Part shown: positions 1-9,613 of the stretch, one piece after another
Numbering within the stretch: position 1 is the stretch's first letter
How the letters are laid out: every line of letters starts with the position of its first letter
Source: a virus
IMG/VR virus record: IMGVR_UViG_3300035698_018106
Span: 38,717 to 102,716 of that record
DNA: 64,000 nt
Strand: one strand, 5' to 3'
Notes under the pieces: model-generated
Seen by the model: the letters and a program-made list of their open reading frames with translations, nothing else
The model's database searches: none
Told to the model about the DNA's origin: nothing
Position numbers and translations under genes: made by a program

Positions 1-5
1 CTTTT

Positions 6-2609
6 ATGGCTCAACATGGTAATGATATATTAGCCAAAATATTAGGTGTTTGTATTAAAATTAATAAAAAATTAGATGGAAAGCCATCTTCTGGGACAGA
101 AGATGAAGGTAAGAGCGATAAAGGCACGGGCATGCTTTCTGATATGTTTGGAAAATCTAAAATAAAAGAAGCTATAAAAGGTGAAAAAGTTATTAAAGGA
201 ATATTTAAATCATTATCCGGATTTGCTAAAATTGGTGTCAAACCAAAGAGAATTACTGCAACCGCCAAAGCATTAGATTTATTAATGGGGGTAATTATAA
301 AAACAGGTGAAAATTCAAAAACTATATATAGAGCTATTAATTTATTTGATTCTATGTCTAAAAGTTTAAAAGGAATAAATGAATTCATGTCTGGGTTTGC
401 TAAATTATTATTCTCATTTGGAGCTTCTATTTTATTAATTGCTGGGTCTATATGGTTGGCAGGAAAATTGCTAAAAACTGATTCACCTGGAGGGACTATT
501 ATGGTTATCGCCGGCGTGATTTTAGGATTTATCGCATTAGTATACCTTTTAGGAAAAGCTGGAAAAGCAACTAAAAGCGGAGTATATACAGCCAAAAATA
601 TGGGTAAAGCATTAATGTTTCTTTCTGGAGGATTATTAGCATTTGTTATTTCATTACAATTAATTTCTGGTATTATGGGGGCAGGACAAGGTCCTAAAGC
701 TATAGGATTAGGCATATTAACAATAGTAGGAGTTATAACTGCCTTTGCAGGGATATTTGCATTATTAGGATTTGTTGGCGCTGTTATTAAAAAAGGTACA
801 GGTGTTGCTGTTGGGATGGCTATAGGTATGATTGCATTATCTGCGGGAGTATATTCTATTGCATTAGCTTCTAAAGCTCTTACTGGTTTAGGAGATGATG
901 GTGTGGCAGTTAACAAAAAAGGAGAAAAGAAAGGTAGATTTGGTCAAATGATGTCTAATATTGGCCCTGGTTTAGGATTATTCGGTATTATTTTAGTTTC
1001 GTCTGCATTATTATTTGCGGCTTTAGGCGTATTTTCTCCACTTATTATTGCTGGGGCAGTTACAGCTATGGCCATTGGAGCATCATTAGTTATACTTGCA
1101 GCATCAGTTAAAAAAATGATGGAAATAACTAGTAAATTAGATAAAGATACTGTACAAGAATCCATAACAATATTAACTAGTTCTGTTCTTACTGGTATGA
1201 TTGATGGTATTATGATGGCATTAAATCCTAATGGGAAAAAAGGTCTAAGAGGATTAGGGGCTAGTATGAAAAATACAGCGATATTATATAATGGTATTGC
1301 GTTATTAATGGGTGTATCGGTCTCATTATCAATGTTTGCTAAAGCATTAACTGCATTTGCAAACCTTGGAAATATGAGAGTTATTGAAAGTTATGATGAA
1401 AAAACAGGAAAACCAAGATTTGGAGAAACTGTTGATATAAGAGGTGTAGGAGATACAATTAGAGATTCTATATCTAGTTTCTTAATTGGATTAATAGATG
1501 CTACATCTGGATTATCTAGAAGACAAGCTAAAGCTATTAAAAAAATGGGTAGAGCTCTTACTGGAAGAAGAGGAATATTAACAGCAGTTGTTCAATTTGC
1601 TGATGTACTTACTACCTTTGCAAAATTTGGAAAAAAAGGTGAAATTGGATATGTTGAATTAGTTCCTAATGGTACAGATGAAGATGGGAATGCTAAATTT
1701 AAACAAGTACCTAAAACTGTTAAAATTGAAACTGTAGTAGGACATATAGGTAAATCATTTACTATATTTGTAAAAGAATTAGCTGCATTATCTAAAGATT
1801 TTGAATTTGGTGGTAAAGAAAAAAGAAAATTAGGTAGATTATCAAAAGCTCTTACTGGTAGAAAAGGTATTCTCACTCCTATAATTGAATTCACTAAAGC
1901 TATTGATGCATATGCAAAATATGGAAAAGATGGAACTATACAAAATTATAAAAGAGGAGCAGATGGCGGATATATATTAGATGATAAAGGTGATCTAATA
2001 CCTGTGGGTGCTCCTGTAAGTATTAGCCAAATTGCTAAAAATACTGCCAGAATGATAACAGGATTTTCTACTGCCTTAGCAACAGAATTAGAAACTGCTG
2101 ATACAAAATCAGGTAAAAAAGCAGGTAAAATGTTGGGCAGTTTCTCGGATATGATTGAAGAAATATCTTTATTAGGAGAGCATACACAAGGCTTAGATAG
2201 AACTGCAGCATCTTTAAATAATTTAGCTACAAGTATAGGAAAACTAGTTCAACAATTAAATGGTTTAGATAGTGGTAAATTAAATGGTTTAGCAGAAGTA
2301 GCTAAAAATAATAAATCTATTGGAAGTAGAGCATTTGGTGTTCATAGTAAAACTATAGCTAAAGGAAATTCAGACCAATCTGAACCTAAAACTTCATTCT
2401 TTAATAGATCAGATAATAAACAAACAAACCCACAAACTTCTAGAAGTAATATAGGTGATAAAAAGCTATATGAATTAATGGATAGTATTAACAAGAAAAT
2501 GTCTATTATGCCTGAACAGGTAGGGGCAGCAACATCTAACGCTTTTAAAAATACACAATTTACTTTTGAATTTGCAACTGATAAATCTGGTGTATTAAGT
2601 ACTGAATAA
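6..2609 (+). CDS. Large membrane-spanning Gly/Ala-rich protein with C-terminal internal repeats; tape-measure-like or ejection protein. May be truncated at the window start.
   Basis: 867 aa. Many hydrophobic G/A-rich segments. Three copies of a KALTGR(R/K)GILT...F(A/T)K(F/Y)GK repeat. No catalytic motifs. Confidence 0.25.
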   Translation: MAQHGNDILAKILGVCIKINKKLDGKPSSGTEDEGKSDKGTGMLSDMFGKSKIKEAIKGEKVIKGIFKSLSGFAKIGVKPKRITATAKALDLLMGVIIKTGENSKTIYRAINLFDSMSKSLKGINEFMSGFAKLLFSFGASILLIAGSIWLAGKLLKTDSPGGTIMVIAGVILGFIALVYLLGKAGKATKSGVYTAKNMGKALMFLSGGLLAFVISLQLISGIMGAGQGPKAIGLGILTIVGVITAFAGIFALLGFVGAVIKKGTGVAVGMAIGMIALSAGVYSIALASKALTGLGDDGVAVNKKGEKKGRFGQMMSNIGPGLGLFGIILVSSALLFAALGVFSPLIIAGAVTAMAIGASLVILAASVKKMMEITSKLDKDTVQESITILTSSVLTGMIDGIMMALNPNGKKGLRGLGASMKNTAILYNGIALLMGVSVSLSMFAKALTAFANLGNMRVIESYDEKTGKPRFGETVDIRGVGDTIRDSISSFLIGLIDATSGLSRRQAKAIKKMGRALTGRRGILTAVVQFADVLTTFAKFGKKGEIGYVELVPNGTDEDGNAKFKQVPKTVKIETVVGHIGKSFTIFVKELAALSKDFEFGGKEKRKLGRLSKALTGRKGILTPIIEFTKAIDAYAKYGKDGTIQNYKRGADGGYILDDKGDLIPVGAPVSISQIAKNTARMITGFSTALATELETADTKSGKKAGKMLGSFSDMIEEISLLGEHTQGLDRTAASLNNLATSIGKLVQQLNGLDSGKLNGLAEVAKNNKSIGSRAFGVHSKTIAKGNSDQSEPKTSFFNRSDNKQTNPQTSRSNIGDKKLYELMDSINKKMSIMPEQVGAATSNAFKNTQFTFEFATDKSGVLSTE

Positions 2610-2703
2610 AACATCATAAATTAAATCTTTCACATCAATTTTACATATTAATATTAATAAGATTTGATATAGAATGCTATTATTCTTCAAATAATCCAAA
2701 CTT

Positions 2704-2937
2704 ATGAAAATTTTAAAATTTATTCTAATTTTTTGTTTAATTACTTTATCTTCATGTGCTACTGTTAGATACAGAAAAGAATATAATGAAAAAAGAGGAT
2801 TAATGATGTTAGAAGTACATGAATATCCAAGAAATCACAAGATGTATGAAAAAACAAAAAAGATAAGAAAAACTAAGAAAAAATTAAAAAAAGAAAATAA
2901 ACATCCAAAAAGAAACTATAAATCTTATAAAAGATAA
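2704..2937 (+). CDS. Small lipoprotein with a lysine-rich tail
   Basis: Signal peptide MKILKFILIFCLITLSSC with lipobox Cys, followed by an extremely basic K-rich C-terminus. Confidence 0.4.
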   Translation: MKILKFILIFCLITLSSCATVRYRKEYNEKRGLMMLEVHEYPRNHKMYEKTKKIRKTKKKLKKENKHPKRNYKSYKR

Positions 2938-2940
2938 AAA

Positions 2941-4017
2941 ATGATAAAAAATATACATACAGGAGAAGAATTTCCAGTAGAATGGACTTTAGATAAAACT
3001 GCAAATTTAAATCCAACCGATCTGACATACCATAATCTAATGGTAACTATATTAAAAGAAGGTTTATGGAAAGAAAATAGAACAGGTGTTAAAACACTTT
3101 CTATATTTGGCCCTCAAGTTAAATTTTCAAATGTAGGAGAAAGATTTCCATTACTTACAACTAAGAAAATATTTACTAAAGGGGTTATTGGGGAATTACT
3201 TTGGTTCTTAGAAGGATCTACTGATAAAAATAGATTAAGAGATCATTATGGTACTAAAATTTGGGAAGAATGGAATGGTCCAAATCCAAAATTTGATGGA
3301 GATATGGGACCTATTTATGGTAACCAATGGGTAAATTGGACGTATAATCATATTTATGATGAAGGAGAAGAAGTTGAATTGGAAGGTGAAGATGGTTTTA
3401 TTGTTTCAGAAAAGAGATCAATTAATCAATTACAAGGCATAATCGATACTCTTAAGACTAACCCAGATGATAGAAGAATGATTGTTTCCTGTTGGCATCC
3501 AGAGCAACTCAAAGATATGGCTTTACCTCCATGTCATTGGTCTTTCCAATTTTATACTAACGAATTATTAATAGATGAGAGATTTAGATTGTGGTTTGAT
3601 GAGAACAAACCTAATCGTGATGTTGTTGATTATTGGGATGGATTAAGTAAAGTAGAAAAACATATAATGTTAGATGAAGCAGGTATAAAGAAAAGAAGCC
3701 TAAGTCTTCTTTGGAATCAACGTAGTGTCGACACAGGTTTAGGACTACCTTTTAATATTACATCTTATGCTTTATTGTTAATGATGGTAGCTCAACAAAC
3801 CGATATGATAGCAGGTAATCTAATTGGTAATTTAGGAGACACTCATATATATGAGGATCATATGGATCAATTATGCAACCAGCTTACTAGAGAATCTACT
3901 ACTCTTCCCGTCATAAAAATCGATAAACAAAAAGATTTATGGAGCTATAAACCAGAACATTTCCATATAGAAAATTATAATCCACACCCTTCTATTAAAA
4001 TGAAAGTATCTGTTTAA
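2941..4017 (+). CDS. thyA: Thymidylate synthase (ThyA family) with a roughly 45-aa insertion
   Basis: Motifs RFPLLTTKK, GELLWFL, ALPPCH..FQFY, GLPFNITSYALL, HIYEDH and a C-terminal NYNPHP. Asn present in PFN(I)TSY, consistent with a dUMP substrate. Confidence 0.85.
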   Translation: MIKNIHTGEEFPVEWTLDKTANLNPTDLTYHNLMVTILKEGLWKENRTGVKTLSIFGPQVKFSNVGERFPLLTTKKIFTKGVIGELLWFLEGSTDKNRLRDHYGTKIWEEWNGPNPKFDGDMGPIYGNQWVNWTYNHIYDEGEEVELEGEDGFIVSEKRSINQLQGIIDTLKTNPDDRRMIVSCWHPEQLKDMALPPCHWSFQFYTNELLIDERFRLWFDENKPNRDVVDYWDGLSKVEKHIMLDEAGIKKRSLSLLWNQRSVDTGLGLPFNITSYALLLMMVAQQTDMIAGNLIGNLGDTHIYEDHMDQLCNQLTRESTTLPVIKIDKQKDLWSYKPEHFHIENYNPHPSIKMKVSV

Positions 4018-4061
4018 ATTAGTAAAAGTTAAAAGCACGTCCTAGAATATATAAAATAAAA

Positions 4062-4805
4062 ATGGATGTTATTTATTTAATAGAAGATGAAATTTCAGGA
4101 TTAAAATATTTGGGGTCTAAGAAAAATTGGCAAGGGGAAAATAGCTATTGGGGTTCGCCCTCTTGTAAAAACAAAAATAGAAAAAAATATAAATTACAAC
4201 AAGACTGGAAAAATCATTTTAAAGAGCATAAAGATAGCTTTAAATTTAATATATTAAAACATTTTGAAAAAATATCCATAAAAAAATTATTATTAGAAGA
4301 AAAAAAGCTACAACTAGAATATGATGTTTTAAATAGAAATGATTTCATCAATGCCGGATTAGCCGGAGGACATGGATTTATGGGAGAAGGTGAAGAAAAT
4401 CCGGTGTTTGGAAAAAAACATAGAAAAGATTCCATAAATAAAATGTCTATAAAGCAAAAAGAAAATGGTAAAAAATTATCTAAATTATATAAAGGGAAAA
4501 CATATGAAGAAAGATGGGGGGATGAAAAAGCTAAAATAGCAAGAAAAAAATTATCTGAGCATTCTAAAAACCGAACAGGAGATAAAAATTCTTTTTTTGG
4601 AAATAACCACAGTGAAAAAACTATACAACAAATAAAAAATAAGCAGAGGGGAAATAAACCTATTAATACTAAAAAGGTTTACATTGAAGGAAATATTTAT
4701 AACGGACTTAATGATGCATATATTGCAACTAATGTAAAGCCTACAACTATATGGTATAGGATTCATTCAAAAAATAAAAAATTCAAAGAATATAAATATA
4801 TTTGA
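4062..4805 (+). CDS. GIY-YIG homing endonuclease, I-TevI-like
   Basis: N-terminal VIYLIEDEISGLKYLGS (GIY...YIG). DWKNHFKEHKD resembles I-TevI RWKRHFKDLEKG. Two NUMOD3-like repeats (NPVFGKKHRKDSINKMS and NSFFGNNHSEKTIQQIKNK). C-terminal helix-turn-helix-like segment. Confidence 0.85.
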   Translation: MDVIYLIEDEISGLKYLGSKKNWQGENSYWGSPSCKNKNRKKYKLQQDWKNHFKEHKDSFKFNILKHFEKISIKKLLLEEKKLQLEYDVLNRNDFINAGLAGGHGFMGEGEENPVFGKKHRKDSINKMSIKQKENGKKLSKLYKGKTYEERWGDEKAKIARKKLSEHSKNRTGDKNSFFGNNHSEKTIQQIKNKQRGNKPINTKKVYIEGNIYNGLNDAYIATNVKPTTIWYRIHSKNKKFKEYKYI

Positions 4806-4809
4806 TATT

Positions 4810-5097
4810 TTTCTTGGCGGGCCATTCAATATAGCTTCTTATGCTTATTTGTTATTAATGATGGCTCAAGAAGTAGATATGATTCTCGGAGATTTGATTA
4901 TTTCTGCTGGAGATGTGCATATATATGAGAATCATTTAGAATATATTTATAAACAATTAGCTAGGGAATCTTCTTCTATAGAACCAACAGTTGTTTTAAA
5001 TAAAGATAAAGGTTTTTGGGATTTTACATCAGAAGATTTTGTAACAAATGGATATAATCCTCATCCAAATTGGAAAAATGTACCAATAGCTGTATAA
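4810..5097 (+). pseudogene. Duplicated 3' fragment of thyA (exon-2-like). It has no proper ATG; the track ORF starts at TTG 4849.
   Basis: Encodes FLGGPFNIASYAYLLLMMAQEV...GDVHIYENH...GYNPHPNWKNVPIAV, which aligns with the last ~95 aa of the upstream ThyA. Begins 5 bp after the endonuclease stop codon. Confidence 0.75.
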
Positions 5098-5111
5098 AAT
5101 AAACAATTTAA

Positions 5112-5297
5112 ATGTATAATATTGAATGGTTAAATACTTTTTTCATATATGGATCATATGTTATTGGATTAATAATAGTTGTATTAGTTTTCAAATTATC
5201 AATAAAATTAAATAAAGATATAAAAAAACTCGATAAATCATCTAAAGAAAATATGATTAAATATATGAGACAAACATCTAAATATAATAAAAAATGA
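5112..5297 (+). CDS. Small membrane protein
   Basis: 61 aa with one hydrophobic helix. Confidence 0.3.
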   Translation: MYNIEWLNTFFIYGSYVIGLIIVVLVFKLSIKLNKDIKKLDKSSKENMIKYMRQTSKYNKK

Positions 5298-5539
5298 AAG
5301 TAGAATTACATATACTTAATAATGAAAAGTCTAGTGGCGAAAAAGTAGAAGAATATAGTCCGTATTCAAGACGCAAAAGTTATAAAACTGATGATAATTT
5401 CTTAGATGATGATATTATATCATCTCCGATAAGTCATAAATTAGATAGATTATTACTAAATGATATACAAATCACATCTTTATATCAAATAGATAAAATA
5501 ATTAAACTATTAGAAAATGCAAAACCTTGTTTTAAATAA
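5294..5539 (+). CDS. Hypothetical protein
   Basis: ORF only. Confidence 0.3.
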   Translation: MKVELHILNNEKSSGEKVEEYSPYSRRKSYKTDDNFLDDDIISSPISHKLDRLLLNDIQITSLYQIDKIIKLLENAKPCFK

Positions 5540-6098
5540 AATGAATAAAATGAATAAAATAGAAGATTTAGTTAATATTATTACTATAGAAGGAGATCAT
5601 AAAACTATACAATATGTTGATTATGGAATAGATAAACAAGCAAATTCGCTAGGAGCATATGGAATTAGTTTGTTTGAAAAATATGTTGAAATTTCTAGAT
5701 TTAGTAAAGATATAAAAGATGAATCATATATTTCTGATTATATAGATAAAATTCAAGGTATCTTGAGTACTTATAACAATACTTTAGATATTAATGATAA
5801 GGTTAGACGTAATATATCTAAACTAATATCAAGTGCTTCAACAATAGCACATGAAGGTAGAATAGGTCCTGGCACCACAATACTAATAAATGAAAAGAAT
5901 TTTGAATCATATTCATTACACAATATAAAAAGAATTTTTAACGTGATATTCGTGGATGAATTAAATGATATAATAATTACTAGGAAAAATGGATTAGATC
6001 AACCAGGTATTATTTTAGTTAAAAATGATGAAAATTATATGTTTACCACATTAGGATTTTATCCAGATAAACAATTTATAAAAATTAATTTAAATTAA
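5517..6098 (+). CDS. Hypothetical protein
   Basis: 193 aa ORF. No recognised motifs. Confidence 0.4.
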   Translation: MQNLVLNKMNKMNKIEDLVNIITIEGDHKTIQYVDYGIDKQANSLGAYGISLFEKYVEISRFSKDIKDESYISDYIDKIQGILSTYNNTLDINDKVRRNISKLISSASTIAHEGRIGPGTTILINEKNFESYSLHNIKRIFNVIFVDELNDIIITRKNGLDQPGIILVKNDENYMFTTLGFYPDKQFIKINLN

Positions 6099-6100
6099 AT

Positions 6101-6925
6101 ATGGCAATAAAGAAGTTAAGTTTAACTATAAATGCATTTGATGCATCAGAGTTATTAGAACCTCTTATTACAGAGATTAGAGATCAAGTTGATCATGTGG
6201 CAGCAATTTACCAAAAACTTTCATATTGGCAAAATCCCATGGATCGAGTTGATATGGATGAACTTCATAGATTAAAAAAGATTGGTTTAATAGATGAACT
6301 TATTGAATTTAAACCTAATTTTGCTAAATATTCTAGAGAACAAGAATGTGAGAAGCGAAATATGGGTATTGATCTAATGAAACAAAACGGATCATCACAT
6401 ATACTAAATATTGATTCTGATGAATTTTATAATGCCGATCAATTTAGATATGCAAAAGATAAAATTAATAAAATGGGATATAACGTAACATATTGGTCAT
6501 ATGTTAACTATTATAGAGATTTTGATCATTATCTTGTATATCCATTTAGACCATTTGTTCAAGGTATTCATTCTACATTCTTTAAGTATACATATCAAGG
6601 TCCGGCTCCTGGTCCTACTGATCCAACAAGACGAATTAATAATCCTTCTGGTTTAGGACAATATATTTTTGAGGATAATGAAATTAGAATGGCTCATGGC
6701 GCTTGGATTAGAAAGGACATTAGGAAAAAACTAGTTAACTGGAGTGCTAAAGATCATTTCAAAAAAGAGCTAATTGATGCGGCTGTAGAAAGATGGGAAA
6801 ATTGGAAAGAAGGAGATAATGCAGTTATGTTATTTAATACTCCTGAAAATCAAGTAAGAGTTAACAAATTAGAAACTAGAATTCATGATTTTGAAGTACC
6901 ATGGAATAAAAAAGGAGAATCTTAA
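6101..6925 (+). CDS. Hypothetical protein, possibly a DxD glycosyltransferase-like enzyme
   Basis: 274 aa with an ILNIDSDEF (DxD-like) segment. The assignment is weak. Confidence 0.35.
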   Translation: MAIKKLSLTINAFDASELLEPLITEIRDQVDHVAAIYQKLSYWQNPMDRVDMDELHRLKKIGLIDELIEFKPNFAKYSREQECEKRNMGIDLMKQNGSSHILNIDSDEFYNADQFRYAKDKINKMGYNVTYWSYVNYYRDFDHYLVYPFRPFVQGIHSTFFKYTYQGPAPGPTDPTRRINNPSGLGQYIFEDNEIRMAHGAWIRKDIRKKLVNWSAKDHFKKELIDAAVERWENWKEGDNAVMLFNTPENQVRVNKLETRIHDFEVPWNKKGES

Positions 6926-6941
6926 GATTCTCCTTTTTTTA
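6911..6941. terminator. Bidirectional rho-independent terminator between convergent genes
   Basis: Perfect hairpin GGAGAATCTTAAGATTCTCC flanked by an A-run and T7. The plus-gene stop codon lies in the loop. Confidence 0.75.
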
Positions 6942-6946
6942 TATTA

Positions 6947-7861
6947 TTAAAATCTATGTCTATTCATTTCTTCTCGAGATTTTCTATATTCTGCTTCTTC
7001 ATCATCTTCATCATTTTCATCCTCATCAGCAATATTATAATTTAAATATCCTGTACTTTCTAAGTCTTCAGCATAAGATGCTGGATTATCATCCCATATA
7101 GCAAATCTTCCTAGTTCATATCCATTAATTATAGTTTCTGGTTTTCCAGGTGACCCATCTTCTCTCCAAGATTGTTTAATTACAACTTTATTACCATTTT
7201 CTAGACTAATTACTATTTCTCTATACTCACTATTTAAATTTACATCAAATGAAATTAATTTACCACCTAACGCTTCTGCTACGATATTCCAATACTCATC
7301 TGTATCTATTGATTCATCATATATGTTACTATGATCATAAACTTCTTCATTTAATGATTCTTTTACTAATTTTGCTCTCATATTATTATTATTTAATTTT
7401 TCATCCATTTGTTGTTCTTGACTAAATAATTCCGGATCATCATAAGCAATTCCACCTTCATCATCAGGATCTTCATAATAATTTTCACCACTAAGTAATA
7501 TAGCTGTAGTTGGATCAATCCTTAATTCTTGTGACGTCTGATTGTCTAATATAATGTAATATGATATCTTATTATTTGTTTTTTCTATTCTAATTATCGG
7601 TCCTCTGTGTGATTCTGTTGACCTCTTGTTAAGTTCTTTCCCTTCAATAACATTTCCTGCATGGATTGTTTCTGCATTTTCTGCATTTGATGGTTTTGGT
7701 TGTAATTCTCTATTTAGTGGTTTAATCTCATAAGTATACATCATATTTGGACCGCCTGTATTATTAGCTCCTCCAAAACCTTTACTTCCTCTTGATTGAT
7801 AGATAGATTGTCCATATGAAAAACCTGCTCCACCCCACTCTTTTATTAATTTAGCTCTCAT
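6947..7861 (-). CDS. Acidic protein carrying the MRAKLxKE leader twice (N-terminus and internal Met161). Possible fusion of two units or an internal start.
   Basis: Begins MRAKLIKEW. An internal NNNNMRAKLVKESLNEEVYD segment. Acidic C-terminus. Confidence 0.5.
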   Translation of the reverse strand: MRAKLIKEWGGAGFSYGQSIYQSRGSKGFGGANNTGGPNMMYTYEIKPLNRELQPKPSNAENAETIHAGNVIEGKELNKRSTESHRGPIIRIEKTNNKISYYIILDNQTSQELRIDPTTAILLSGENYYEDPDDEGGIAYDDPELFSQEQQMDEKLNNNNMRAKLVKESLNEEVYDHSNIYDESIDTDEYWNIVAEALGGKLISFDVNLNSEYREIVISLENGNKVVIKQSWREDGSPGKPETIINGYELGRFAIWDDNPASYAEDLESTGYLNYNIADEDENDEDDEEAEYRKSREEMNRHRF

Positions 7862-7862
7862 T

Positions 7863-9527
7863 TTATTCGTCGTAATTTAAACACATATATTCTACTTGTA
7901 CAGGAAATGTTTGAGGATTAAAGATATAAAAACCTCCAATAAGATTTTTTGTATAATAATCAGGATGATCAGATGCAGTAAATCTAGATGAAAATGGTCC
8001 TACTTTAAACCACATATTATGTGTATTAATATAATCTAAGTATTCTGAAGCGCTCATTGTTTTTTCATCTCCACAGCCATTTCTTCCTACATCAACTATT
8101 TTCATAAATCTTTCATAATATAATGAAGAATCTAATGTATATGAAAGTGATGCATCCATTGTACCATTTATATATATAGTGGTACAATTTTCAAGAGAAG
8201 TTTTATCATCTAAATCTGTATTATAAAGAGTACAATTAATTATAGATGAATCATATATTTCAGAAGTATAAATACTTGCATCTGAAATAGTTGTATTATT
8301 TAATGATGTATCATGTATTACTCCGCCTTCAATATAAATTCTTTCACATGAAACATCATTAGTCCATAATCCCGGAATTACTTCAAAAGCATTAACCCAT
8401 GAATTTTCTAAACTAGAATCTATCACAATAGAATCTTTATTAATATGACTACTTATAACAGAAACATTTTGTATTGATGAATCTTCAAATAAACTTTTAT
8501 TTGTATAAGACGTTCCTATTCCAGATTCATATATTGAACAATTAATAATTGAAGCATCATACATATATGAACCATATAATGAACAATCTACAATATTAAT
8601 GCCTATGGATGGTTCAGATATTATATCTACATTATAAAAAGCAGCATCGCTTGGATCTATTGCAATATCATCTACAATAACAGGATATACAATAGAAGGA
8701 TCAAATGAAATAGATTTATATTCGCTAACATCATCAATAAAATTATCAACTTGTATTGATTCATAAACTTCAAAAGGACTATCTACATGATTCATATAAA
8801 GCCATGACGAATATTTACATGTGTCGCGTGGATATAATGTTTTTAACATATATCCTAACATAGCTCCATTTGGGTATTTAGATGCCGGTAACATACCATC
8901 AACATTTTCTGTTAATGGATATATTTGTTGGATATTTACACCATCTATTATAATAGAAGGAAATGGTGAATTTATATCCATAGATGCATCAATTATTCTA
9001 AGTGACACATTTGATATATCATAGTCATAACCAACATTATTTGCTTTGAATGTAAATGAACTTGGATCATATGTAGCTGATATATCTAATGTTGTATTAG
9101 ATAGAACAATATTTAATGCATCATCAATATCGATATTTGCATCATTACTTGAACTAGCATCAATATTAATATCGAAATTCTTAAAATTATAATAATAATT
9201 AGCTGAAAGATCAATCATCATAAAAAACTCTTGTTTATCATATCCAAAATTAGGAATATCAAAAAGTTGAGTTCTATAAAGTAGTCCTCTAGATATTCCA
9301 GGAACATATGTTACTTCTCCACTTTGTAAAGTTTTTTTCTCTCCTGTCCAACTAGTAACAGGAATTGATATATCCGAAAGATCCATAAATTGTACTATAT
9401 CGCTCCCGACTACTACACCTGCTCCATCATCAATAAATTTAAATTCTGCATCATCTCCTGCGTTTGCACATGGTGCTAATCCAGGATTGACATAATCGTT
9501 AGAAGGATTATTAAATACATCTGACAT
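7863..9527 (-). CDS. Tail fibre or tailspike-like protein with parallel beta-helix repeats
   Basis: 554 aa. N/S/D/I-rich repeats (DSSI, DASI, NCS/T IY), typical of beta-helix fibres. Confidence 0.5.
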   Translation of the reverse strand: MSDVFNNPSNDYVNPGLAPCANAGDDAEFKFIDDGAGVVVGSDIVQFMDLSDISIPVTSWTGEKKTLQSGEVTYVPGISRGLLYRTQLFDIPNFGYDKQEFFMMIDLSANYYYNFKNFDINIDASSSNDANIDIDDALNIVLSNTTLDISATYDPSSFTFKANNVGYDYDISNVSLRIIDASMDINSPFPSIIIDGVNIQQIYPLTENVDGMLPASKYPNGAMLGYMLKTLYPRDTCKYSSWLYMNHVDSPFEVYESIQVDNFIDDVSEYKSISFDPSIVYPVIVDDIAIDPSDAAFYNVDIISEPSIGINIVDCSLYGSYMYDASIINCSIYESGIGTSYTNKSLFEDSSIQNVSVISSHINKDSIVIDSSLENSWVNAFEVIPGLWTNDVSCERIYIEGGVIHDTSLNNTTISDASIYTSEIYDSSIINCTLYNTDLDDKTSLENCTTIYINGTMDASLSYTLDSSLYYERFMKIVDVGRNGCGDEKTMSASEYLDYINTHNMWFKVGPFSSRFTASDHPDYYTKNLIGGFYIFNPQTFPVQVEYMCLNYDE

Positions 9528-9585
9528 ATATAAGACAATTATTTTATTTATTTATTCACTTGAAAAGATAATATAATGCTTTAAA

Positions 9586-9613
9586 CTAAAAAAGAGGCAC
9601 TTGCCTCTTTTTA
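9586..9613. terminator. Rho-independent terminator
   Basis: AAAAAAGAGGCACTTGCCTCTTTTT hairpin with A and T runs. Confidence 0.65.

Noticed and set aside
11-2617. Minus-strand ORFs 11..916, 944..1165, 1592..1894 and 2342..2617 inside the large plus-strand gene
   Set aside because: They are antisense to a long, well-supported ORF. Their low-complexity P/N/I-rich translations are typical of spurious frames in AT-rich DNA.
4214-4766. Minus-strand ORFs 4214..4435 and 4551..4766
   Set aside because: They are antisense to the well-supported GIY-YIG endonuclease gene.
4018-4815. Possible group I intron in thyA that carries the endonuclease
   Set aside because: The upstream thyA ORF is complete through its native C-terminus. 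Only 44 bp separate it from the endonuclease gene, and 5 bp separate the endonuclease gene from the thyA fragment. That is too little sequence for the P1-P9 elements, so the arrangement is not a conventional intron.
8821-9024. Plus-strand ORF inside the fibre gene. The same situation applies to 12691..13113, 14507..14776, 17163..17363, 17911..18159, 18447..18722, 21918..22184, 26659..26937, 28056..28316, 28776..29015, 29180..29383, 31071..31271, 34283..34648, 36441..36641, 42228..42644, 43270..43530, 43738..43944, 45191..45451, 45785..45970, 47862..48047, 48210..48434, 53742..53927, 57286..57642, 58178..58369, 60839..61036 and 63309..63509.
   Set aside because: Each lies antisense within a longer ORF that has recognisable domain content or consistent operon context. 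None shows motifs of its own.
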